A DNA stretch of 64,000 bases, taken from NCBI GenBank assembly GCA_018304465.1, contig JAGVWC010000009.1:1-64000 (forward strand), read 5' to 3'. The notes below the pieces were generated by a model, which was not told where the DNA came from, did no database searches, and worked only from the letters and a program-made list of their open reading frames with translations. This DNA is from Candidatus Iainarchaeum sp. (GTDB lineage Archaea; Iainarchaeota; Iainarchaeia; Iainarchaeales; JAGVWC01). The stretch's first letter is position 1, and every line of letters begins with the position of its first letter. Shown in pieces: positions 9,198 to 16,832 of this stretch. A program made the translations under genes and the position numbers.

Positions 9198-10028
9198 TCA
9201 GGATTTGCTTAAATGCAAGAACAGTTCCACGAATTCTTCGACTTCGAGCAAGTATACTTTTTGGTCTTTGAATTTCAGTCCTGAAATTTTTTTCTTCAGG
9301 GTTTCTTTGTCGATCCCCAGTTCTTTTTGGAGTAGCGGCACGCATAATTGAAGCGCGTTGGAAAGCGTTTTGTTTTTGTAGCGAAAAACATCCTTGATGA
9401 AACGGATGAATTTTTTTTCGTCGGATACGTCCCCGAATCTTTTTTTGGATTTGAGTTTTACGCACGCCGAAAAACCCTGGGGTTGCGGGAAAAACGCGTT
9501 GGATTCCACCATGAAAAGAATCTCGGGTTCGCAAAAATACTGGGTAATCACGGAAATCGTGGTGTAGTCTTCAAAACCGGGTTCGGCGAGTAATTTTTCG
9601 GCGAATTCTTTTTGGAACACCAAATAGGCTTCCGAAAAACCGATTTCAAGGATTTTGTAGATGACTTCGGACGAGATAGAGTATGGTGGAAGCGAAACGA
9701 TTTTGCTGAATTCGCCGGGTTTGAATTGACTGTCCAAAAAATCTTCGTGGCGAAGCGCGAGGTTTTTGGGTGCGAGTTCGGTTCGAAGCAAATCGAATAA
9801 TCGGTCGTCTTTTTCGATCGCGATCACACGGGTTTTTTCCTGTAGTTTTTTGGTCAAAAAACCGGTTCCGCAGCCGATTTCAAGAACGGTTTCGGTGGAT
9901 TTGAGTTTGGCCGCCGAAACAAGTTTCTCGAGCAGTTCGTCGCTGATGCAAAAGTTTTGGGATAACCGTTTGTCGGGTTTGAAATGGTATTTGACCATTA
10001 ATCCTTGGAGTTCGCCTAAAAGATTCAT
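9198..10028 (-). CDS. rsmA: 16S rRNA dimethyladenosine transferase KsgA/Dim1
   Basis: KRLSQNF, VLEIGCGTGFLT, FQKEFAEKL and AFFPQP motifs; ATG at 10028. Confidence 0.92.
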   Translation of the reverse strand: MNLLGELQGLMVKYHFKPDKRLSQNFCISDELLEKLVSAAKLKSTETVLEIGCGTGFLTKKLQEKTRVIAIEKDDRLFDLLRTELAPKNLALRHEDFLDSQFKPGEFSKIVSLPPYSISSEVIYKILEIGFSEAYLVFQKEFAEKLLAEPGFEDYTTISVITQYFCEPEILFMVESNAFFPQPQGFSACVKLKSKKRFGDVSDEKKFIRFIKDVFRYKNKTLSNALQLCVPLLQKELGIDKETLKKKISGLKFKDQKVYLLEVEEFVELFLHLSKS

Positions 10029-10086
10029 GGAGCTCGGAAAGAATAAGATTCGGAGGTTTAAAAAAGAAATGGAACAACCAAACAGG

Positions 10087-10971
10087 TTACATTTTTTGCA
10101 GCGCGGCAATGCGGCTCTCAATGGGCGGGTGCGTGGCGAACAAGCCTTTGAACCACATTTTTTGTCCTTTCAAAGGATTGGAAATGTACAAGTGTGCGGT
10201 GGCTTTGTTGGCGGCTTCGAGGGGTTCGGTGTCCTTGTCGAGTTTTCGAAGCGCACTAATCAATCCGTCGGGATACCGCGTGAGTTCGACCGAACTTGCG
10301 TCGGCGAGGTATTCGCGCTGGCGCGAAACCGCAAGTTGGATCAGCGTCGCGATCAGTGGGGAAAGAATCGCGAAGATGATTCCGACAACAAGCAAAACGA
10401 TGTCCATTTTTCCGCGTTCGCGGTTACCACTGCCCCAAAAAAACGAGCGAAGCAAAAAATCGGATAACAGCGCAGTGATGCCAACCATGACCGTGACCAG
10501 CGTCATGAACCGGATGTCGTAATTCTTGATGTGGCTCATTTCGTGGGCGACGACGCCTTCGAGTTCGCTTCGGTTCATCGCGGACAATAGTCCGGTGGTC
10601 GCGCAGATGACGGCGTGCTTCGGATCGCGTCCCGTGGCAAACGCGTTTAGGGCGGTGTCATTGATCACGTAGAGTTTGGGCATCGGAATGCCGGCGGCGA
10701 TCGCGAGTCCTTCGGACACGTTGTAAAAATGCGGAAATTCTTTTTGGGTTGCGGGTCGCGCACTGGATATTTTCAATACGATGGAATCGCTCCAGTAATA
10801 GGATCCGACGGAAAGGAGGATGACGATAAAAGCGGCGATTACGAGTCCGAAGATGCCCCACCCGGTGATTTCGGCAAAGAGCCAGGAAAGAATCAACAAG
10901 AAAATAACGAATCCGAAGACGATGAGGATGGATCGGAGTTTGTTCGATGAAATTTGTTCATACATTCCCAT
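10087..10971 (-). CDS. htpX: zinc metalloprotease HtpX (M48)
   Basis: NAFATGR, HEMSH, SRQREYLAD and THPPIESRI motifs. Confidence 0.96.
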   Translation of the reverse strand: MGMYEQISSNKLRSILIVFGFVIFLLILSWLFAEITGWGIFGLVIAAFIVILLSVGSYYWSDSIVLKISSARPATQKEFPHFYNVSEGLAIAAGIPMPKLYVINDTALNAFATGRDPKHAVICATTGLLSAMNRSELEGVVAHEMSHIKNYDIRFMTLVTVMVGITALLSDFLLRSFFWGSGNRERGKMDIVLLVVGIIFAILSPLIATLIQLAVSRQREYLADASSVELTRYPDGLISALRKLDKDTEPLEAANKATAHLYISNPLKGQKMWFKGLFATHPPIESRIAALQKM

Positions 10972-11035
10972 GGTAATCCCCGTAATTAATTAATGAAAAT
11001 AAAAATAAAAAAGGCCCTTGCGGGCCGAATTGGGT

Positions 11036-11593
11036 TTAGAAAGAAACCTTGACGGCTTCCCTGCTTTTTTCTTCGATCTCGAAGTAGGGTTTTTCCTTGA
11101 ATCCGAAGATGCCGGCAACGATGCTTCCTGGAAACTGTTGGATGGCCGTGTCGTACGTCAGAACCGAGTCGTTGTAGAACTGGCGGGAGAACGCGATTTT
11201 TCCTTCAATTCCGGATAGCTCTTCTTGGAGCATCATGAAATTTTGGCTGGATTGGAGTTGCGGATATGCTTCGGCAACGGCAAACAGCGATTTCAAGGCT
11301 CCGGTGAGCATGTTGTTGGCTTCGGCGGTTTCCTGGACGTTGTTGGCTTTCATGATGGCGGCACGCGCCTTGGTCACTTCTTCGAAAACGGTTTTTTCCT
11401 GTTTGGCGTAACCTTTGACGGTTTCAACCAAATTCGGCACCAAATCGTATCGTTTTTTGAGTTGGACGTCGATTTGAGCCCAGGCATTGTCCACGCGGTT
11501 TCGAAGCAAGACCAGGCCGTTAAACATTAAGATTGCGGCCAGGATGAGGACAACCACTACGATGAGAATGATCCATAGAATAATGTCAAGCAT
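11036..11593 (-). CDS. lemA: LemA family protein
   Basis: [20 protein letters not shown] and AVAEAYPQL motifs; paired with htpX. Confidence 0.97.
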   Translation of the reverse strand: MLDIILWIILIVVVVLILAAILMFNGLVLLRNRVDNAWAQIDVQLKKRYDLVPNLVETVKGYAKQEKTVFEEVTKARAAIMKANNVQETAEANNMLTGALKSLFAVAEAYPQLQSSQNFMMLQEELSGIEGKIAFSRQFYNDSVLTYDTAIQQFPGSIVAGIFGFKEKPYFEIEEKSREAVKVSF

Positions 11594-11673
11594 GGATTTT
11601 TTCCTCCGAGTTTATTACACAATTAGGAGTTTTTGGTATTAAAATAGGTTTTGTTTCGGAAAAAAAGGATTGA

Positions 11674-11817
11674 TTATTCTTTGATGAGCAAAATAAGGCC
11701 AACGACGAAAAAAACCAGCCAAAAATACGGTTGCAACAAATCGATTGGCGCGGGTAGTTTTGGAATCAATGTTCCGATGGCGACTCCGAGCATGAGCATT
11801 CCGATTTCGCGTGGCAT
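11674..11817 (-). CDS. small 47-aa membrane protein (not in the ORF track)
   Basis: Read manually: MPREIGMLMLGVAIGTLIPKLPAPIDLLQPYFWLVFFVVGLILLIKE*, with two hydrophobic segments; same strand as its neighbours. Confidence 0.55.
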   Translation of the reverse strand: MPREIGMLMLGVAIGTLIPKLPAPIDLLQPYFWLVFFVVGLILLIKE

Positions 11818-12042
11818 TTGAATCCAATTACACAACGCTGTTGTGCTTTAAATTCGTTTCGGGAGCGGTTTTGTCCCCAAAAACGTATTCTTGTATCCGA
11901 TTCTTTCGCAGGGCAAGTTTATTGAACAAAATCCAGGAAGTGTTCGATGTTGAATCGTTTTTTTCCCGCGTTGTTGCATTTGTCTTTGATGCAACCGTTG
12001 GTGGCGGTCTTTGTGGGCGTTAAAAAAAACGCAAGAAAAAAA

Positions 12043-12642
12043 TTATTGCCGCTCGCGGCCGGGTCCGCGTTCGAACGAGCGTTCAAAACGGGGTTTTTCT
12101 TTGGGTGGCGGGCGGCAGAACACGTAGTGTTTTTCGTCGTCGAATTCGAGTTCTTGCATGACGCGTTTGACGATCGCGCGGCTCGGGTTGGGTAACGCTG
12201 GCACGCGGTCGGATAATTCCTTGAATGATTCGAAGGGTTTTCGCTGCCGCTCGTCGAGCAATGTCTTGACGTGTTTGGGTCCAACGCCGGGCAATAATTC
12301 CAGTTGGTGCCGGCGAATCGTGATCGGAATCGAGTGGTTGTAAAAGTCAACGAATTTTTTTTCGTTTTCCATCACGATTTTTTCGACGTTTTGCCCCAGT
12401 TCTCCGGCGGCCGTCGGCGTGAGTTCCTTGTAGGGAATGCGGCGTTTGATGAGCGCGATTTCGTCGCGGACTTCGGGTCCGATGTAGACTTTGCTTCCGA
12501 TTTTGAGTTCTTTTTTCGGAACGACTTCCAAAAGAGAAAAAAATTCGGTTCCCAACAGCTGCGCTAGTTGTTCAGTCTTAAAGCTAGAGGATTTGCCGCG
12601 TGGCAAGTAGTCGAGTACGATTGCGTATTCTTCGTTTGGCAT
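12043..12642 (-). CDS. DUF655 family putative RNA-binding protein
   Basis: EEYAIVLDYLPRG and HQLELLPGVG motifs; conserved position after rpl21e-rpoF. Confidence 0.93.
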   Translation of the reverse strand: MPNEEYAIVLDYLPRGKSSSFKTEQLAQLLGTEFFSLLEVVPKKELKIGSKVYIGPEVRDEIALIKRRIPYKELTPTAAGELGQNVEKIVMENEKKFVDFYNHSIPITIRRHQLELLPGVGPKHVKTLLDERQRKPFESFKELSDRVPALPNPSRAIVKRVMQELEFDDEKHYVFCRPPPKEKPRFERSFERGPGRERQ

Positions 12643-12691
12643 TTTTCATTCCTTCTAGCGTGTTTTTGGGTGTTTTGCAATTGGAAAACCT

Positions 12692-13033
12692 TTATTCTAC
12701 GTGTTGTTTGCATAAATCCAGGATTTGTGTTTTTTGCGCGTCGGTAAGCGGGTATTTTTTCTGGATCAATACTTCAAGTGTTTGGGTTTTGACGGGCAGG
12801 ATATCGATGATTTTGACCGCCAATGTGTCGTCCATGCCTTCGATCCCCATCAGTTCTTTGTGGAGTTTGTCGGCTTTGGAGCGCGTGATGCGCGCGTATT
12901 GGTTCACGTACTTGATGGTCATGTCTTGTTCGTACGTGGGTTCGGCGTCTTTGTCTTTGAGCCGTTCTTTGATGATTTCCTTGACTTCTGCCAAAGGAAT
13001 CGGTTTTTTTGAAACGATTTTTTCAACAAGCAT
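12692..13033 (-). CDS. rpoF: RNA polymerase subunit Rpo4 (RpoF)
   Basis: IPLAEVKEII, TYEQ and AVKIIDILP motifs; synteny. Confidence 0.92.
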   Translation of the reverse strand: MLVEKIVSKKPIPLAEVKEIIKERLKDKDAEPTYEQDMTIKYVNQYARITRSKADKLHKELMGIEGMDDTLAVKIIDILPVKTQTLEVLIQKKYPLTDAQKTQILDLCKQHVE

Positions 13034-13345
13034 TTAGGCCGCCTTCTTTGGTTCTTTTTTTTCTTTCAAGTGAGCCGAGTTAACCGTTAATTGGCGCGAA
13101 GCGTTTCCGAGGTTAACGGAAACCACCATGGCTTTTCCGCGTTTTCCGATGACTTTTCCGGTGAGTCCTTGGTATCGCTGGTGCGGCAAGGACGCGTGAA
13201 CCGAAGAATCGATCGAAATGTGGACCGTGGTGCCGACGGGGATTTCGCGTAACTGGTCACGAACCGTAAGCCGGGGCGTATTGGCGCCGCGTTTAAACTT
13301 GTTTCGGGTTTTTTTTCGAATTCCCTTTGCTTTTTTGTTTGTCAA
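13034..13345 (-). CDS. rpl21e: 50S ribosomal protein L21e
   Basis: KGIRKKTRNKF and PHQRYQGLTGKV motifs. Confidence 0.96.
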   Translation of the reverse strand: MTNKKAKGIRKKTRNKFKRGANTPRLTVRDQLREIPVGTTVHISIDSSVHASLPHQRYQGLTGKVIGKRGKAMVVSVNLGNASRQLTVNSAHLKEKKEPKKAA

Positions 13346-13586
13346 ATATCATCACCTAAAGCTTTCGCTAACGAATTTGTTCGACAATAATAGTATACTG
13401 ATGCAAAGTTTTAAAAGGCAGGAGGCGCGGTTAAACCGACTCCAGAACGAAAAGAACCGATTCGAAAACGCGTCGAACAATAACCTAAACGCGGTTAAGC
13501 GGTTGCAAAACAACAAAAAATTTTCCCGTTTTTTTGTTTAAAAGAAAAAAAACCGACATAAATGGATAATGGAAGGTTTTGGGCTA

Positions 13587-13625
13587 TTTAAATACCTTTT
13601 TAAAGGTTTTTAAAGCATTTATAAA
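13587..13625 (+). promoter_or_regulatory. cluster of four TATA-like boxes upstream of tbp
   Basis: TTTAAATA (13587), TTTAAAGG (13599), TTTAAAGC (13609) and TTTATAAA (13618); the GTG start is at 13653. Confidence 0.6.
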
Positions 13626-13652
13626 CAGACCCAATGGTCAGGAGAGGTTTTC

Positions 13653-14273
13653 GTGAAGTATACCATTGTGAATATGGTGGCCAGTGCGACACTCAACGCT
13701 ACATTGGATTTGTATGGATTGGCTGTTTCGGTTCCGGACATTGAGTATGAACCCGAACAGTTTCCAGGCGCCATTTTGAAATTGAAAGAACCAAAAGTAT
13801 CCTTGCTGTTGTTCAAGAACGGAAAGCTCATTATTTCAGGAGCCTCAAGCGAAGAACAGATCGTGCAGGCGATCAAGAAAGCTTCCAAGATTATTCACGA
13901 GATTCAGCCGTCGGTTCGCGTTCCACGAAACGTGGATTATGAAGTCGTTAATCTCGTGGCCACCGCCAATTTGAACCGGTCATTGGATTTGTTCAAAACC
14001 GCGTTGGGTCTGGATAACGTTGAATACGAACCGGAACAGTTTCCGGGCGCGATTTTGCGCTTGGCGGATCCAAAGCTCACGTTGCTGTTGTTTAAAAACG
14101 GCAAAGTGATTTGTGCCGGAGCAAAACGCGAAGACTTGCTTCGAAAAGGATTAAAGAAAGCAAACGAACTCGTCAGCGAAGTCAACAAAAACGTCAAACC
14201 CGACGAATATGAGGAAGAAGACCTCAAGGAAGAAGAATCTGAGGAAAAACCGGCTAAAAAAGGCAAGAAGTAA
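13653..14273 (+). CDS. tbp: TATA-box binding protein
   Basis: Two repeats of N(M/L)VA...YEPEQFPGAIL...LLFKNGK and an acidic tail. Confidence 0.99.
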   Translation: MKYTIVNMVASATLNATLDLYGLAVSVPDIEYEPEQFPGAILKLKEPKVSLLLFKNGKLIISGASSEEQIVQAIKKASKIIHEIQPSVRVPRNVDYEVVNLVATANLNRSLDLFKTALGLDNVEYEPEQFPGAILRLADPKLTLLLFKNGKVICAGAKREDLLRKGLKKANELVSEVNKNVKPDEYEEEDLKEEESEEKPAKKGKK

Positions 14274-14305
14274 GCCTTTTAAAGAGTTGGCTGGGAAAGA
14301 TTGAT

Positions 14306-14423
14306 TGTTAGCGGCCATACCCAAGGGGAAACACCCGATCCCTTTTCGAACTCGGAAGTTAAGACCTTGTGGGAATGGTTTCGTAGTGCGTTTCTACGTG
14401 CAACGGGCCGAACGCTGCTAACA
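14306..14423 (+). rRNA. rrf: 5S rRNA (stand-alone)
   Basis: Terminal helix TGTTAGCGGC/GCTGCTAACA and core GGCCATA...ACACCCGATCCC...CGAACTCGGAAGTTAAG. TTTTAAAG box at 14277 and a T-run immediately downstream. Confidence 0.93.
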
Positions 14424-14595
14424 TTTTTTTGCTTTCAAGACATCCGTTTCTATTTTTGTTTGGGCAACGCGATTTCGACTCCGAGTTTTTTGCGGTAAGA
14501 CCATTCGATGGGCCAGATAAGCCTGAAGGCCGTATAATCTGTTTATTAAAGAGTTTTGCTCTTTATCGTTATTCTGTTAGATGCAAATCGGAGGA

Positions 14596-15144
14596 ATGAG
14601 CGTGGAAATGGTTCAATCGTTATCGGCGCGGGTCGGCGAAAAAGCCCCGGAGTTTTTCGGCAAGGCGTATGTGAAAGGAGAGTTCAAACAAATCAAAGCG
14701 TCGGATTATCGTGGAAAGTGGATTGTGTTGTTTTTTTGGCCTGAGGATTTTACGTTCGTGTGCCCGACGGAAATCAAAGCGTTCCGGGAAAAAAATATCG
14801 AGTTTGAGAAGAAAAACGCCCAAGTGATCGGTTGTTCCGTGGACTCGGTTCATTCGCACAAGGCCTGGGTGGAACGCGATCTTGGAGTGATTGATTTTCC
14901 CTTGATCGGAGACATGACCAAAGCGGTCGCAAGCATGTTTGGAATCGTGAACAAAGACGGGCTTGCGTTGCGCGCGACTTTTATTATTGATCCGGATGGC
15001 GTGCTTCAGTCGGCAACGGTCAACAACCTTTCGGTTGGACGCAATGTGGACGAAACATTACGGGTATTGGACGCGTTTCAGACCGGCGAACTGTGTCCCG
15101 TGAACTGGAACAAAGGACAAAAGACGTTGGGTAAAGACAAGTAG
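14596..15144 (+). CDS. ahpC: 2-Cys peroxiredoxin (AhpC/Prx1)
   Basis: PEDFTFVCPTEI, VGRNVDETLR and resolving-Cys motif GELCPVNW. The exact start is uncertain. Confidence 0.95.
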   Translation: MSVEMVQSLSARVGEKAPEFFGKAYVKGEFKQIKASDYRGKWIVLFFWPEDFTFVCPTEIKAFREKNIEFEKKNAQVIGCSVDSVHSHKAWVERDLGVIDFPLIGDMTKAVASMFGIVNKDGLALRATFIIDPDGVLQSATVNNLSVGRNVDETLRVLDAFQTGELCPVNWNKGQKTLGKDK

Positions 15145-15152
15145 GTGAAAGC

Positions 15153-15878
15153 ATGGAGTTTGAATCAAAAATTCTCAAAGCAGTGGATTATCGTGAAGAA
15201 AGTGTCTTGTCGGATCGGATCGTAACTTTGGAGACCCCGAAAGAGTTCGAATTCAAAGCGGGCCAGTTCGTGATGATCGGTCACGATGCCGTGAAAAACA
15301 AGAATAATCCAACCCAATTGAAATGGGGCAGCATGAGTATCGCGTCCTCGCCTCAGAAAAAAGGTTTTCTGGAGCTCGTACTTTCCATCGGTTCGCCGGA
15401 CGGGATTACGTATTTTGTCGGGAACAAGCGCCAAGTGGGTGACACGATCAAGGTGCGCGGACCATTCGGGGTTTTTGGCGTGCGCGAAAATTTCGACGAA
15501 GCCGTTTTCATCGCGACCGGGACCGGCATCGCGCCATTGATGGCCATGATTTCGGGTTTGTTGGAATCCGGCGAAAAAAGAAAACTCAAGTTGTTTTTTG
15601 GTTTCAAGAACAACGCGAAATTCCTCTACGAAAAAGAGCTTTTCGAGTTCGCAAAAAAAAATCCGAATTTTTCGTTTGAAATCATTTGTTCGCGGGAACC
15701 CGCAAAGCTCAATCAAAAACAAGGGTATGTGCAGGATTTGTTGCGGCAGCAAAAATGGGATCCGAAACAAAACATTCATTTTTACATTTGCGGCACGCCT
15801 GCGGCGGTTACGGATATCGTGAATCTGTTGAAGGAAACCGGTTTTCCTTCCGATCACATTCATTTCGAGCAGTGGTAG
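15153..15878 (+). CDS. FAD/NAD(P)-binding oxidoreductase, ferredoxin-NADP reductase-like
   Basis: FKAGQF, SIASSP, GPFG, ATGTGIAP, YICG and terminal EQW motifs. Confidence 0.9.
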   Translation: MEFESKILKAVDYREESVLSDRIVTLETPKEFEFKAGQFVMIGHDAVKNKNNPTQLKWGSMSIASSPQKKGFLELVLSIGSPDGITYFVGNKRQVGDTIKVRGPFGVFGVRENFDEAVFIATGTGIAPLMAMISGLLESGEKRKLKLFFGFKNNAKFLYEKELFEFAKKNPNFSFEIICSREPAKLNQKQGYVQDLLRQQKWDPKQNIHFYICGTPAAVTDIVNLLKETGFPSDHIHFEQW

Positions 15879-15887
15879 GATTTTTTC

Positions 15888-16721
15888 ATGACCGACACAG
15901 TACCCGCGGCGAATCCGTTTGCGTCTCGCCTGGACGAACAGAAAAAAAGAATTTCGGATAATCTTTCCATGGTCAAAAAAGTGATCGCGGTGGGAAGCGG
16001 AAAAGGCGGCGTTGGAAAAACGTTTGTCGCGATTAATCTTGCCTGGACCTTGGCGCGCAAAGGAAAAAAAGTCGGTTTGCTTGATGCCGATATTGATTGT
16101 CCGAACGTGTTCGTGGCGCTGGGGATTTCGGATCAATTGGAGGCGTCCGACGAAGGAAAAATTTTACCGGTTCCAATCGATGGAATCCAGGTGGTTTCCA
16201 TGGCGGGTCTTTCGGAAGACCCGGAACAGCCTCGGATTTGGCGCGGACCCATGATCGGAAAAGCGGTTTCGGATTTTTTGTCCAAAGTCGAATGGAGTGA
16301 ACTGGATGTCCTTATCATTGATTTGCCGCCTGGCACTTCGGATGCGGCGTTGACCTTGATGCAGTCGGTGGACTTGGCGGGATTTGTGATTGTTTCCACG
16401 AACGCGCCAAGCGCGGTGTTGGACGCGAAAAAAGCTTTTTTGATGGCCAAAGAAATGAACAAGCCCGTGACGGGTTTTGTCGAAAACATGCGCTCGGACA
16501 TGTTTGGACGCGAAAAAGTAGAGGATTTGGCCGCCGAAGTCGGTGCTCCGTTTTTGGGTGCGATCGAACTGGAAAAAGCGGTTCAGCAGGCCTTGGAAGA
16601 AAATCGTCCCGTGACCGCGATTGATCCGAAACTCAGAATCGCTTTTGAATCGATCGCGGAAAAAGTGTGGTCGGAGCTAACAGTGGAAGACAAACGCGAC
16701 GAAAATCCGCATGAAGAATAA
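15888..16721 (+). CDS. Mrp/ApbC/NBP35 family P-loop ATPase (lacks the C-terminal CxxC)
   Basis: SGKGGVGKT, LDADI, IWRGPM, DLPPGTSD and VENM motifs. Confidence 0.92.
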   Translation: MTDTVPAANPFASRLDEQKKRISDNLSMVKKVIAVGSGKGGVGKTFVAINLAWTLARKGKKVGLLDADIDCPNVFVALGISDQLEASDEGKILPVPIDGIQVVSMAGLSEDPEQPRIWRGPMIGKAVSDFLSKVEWSELDVLIIDLPPGTSDAALTLMQSVDLAGFVIVSTNAPSAVLDAKKAFLMAKEMNKPVTGFVENMRSDMFGREKVEDLAAEVGAPFLGAIELEKAVQQALEENRPVTAIDPKLRIAFESIAEKVWSELTVEDKRDENPHEE

Positions 16722-16832
16722 AAAAATTCAAATGATATAAAGGGTTGTTTTTGGCCGCGGGCCTTCACCGTACCAATGGCTTAAAAAATGCTCTAATTTG
16801 TAGTATATGTAGATTCCACCGCGGTTGATCCC

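Noticed and set aside
13400-13520. Repeated CGCGGTTAA words and a possible structured RNA between rpl21e and tbp
   Set aside because: Only two short copies, with no convincing tRNA or ncRNA fold.
13746-14110. Direct repeat encoding YEPEQFPGAIL...LLFKNGK
   Set aside because: This is the normal internal two-fold repeat of TBP.
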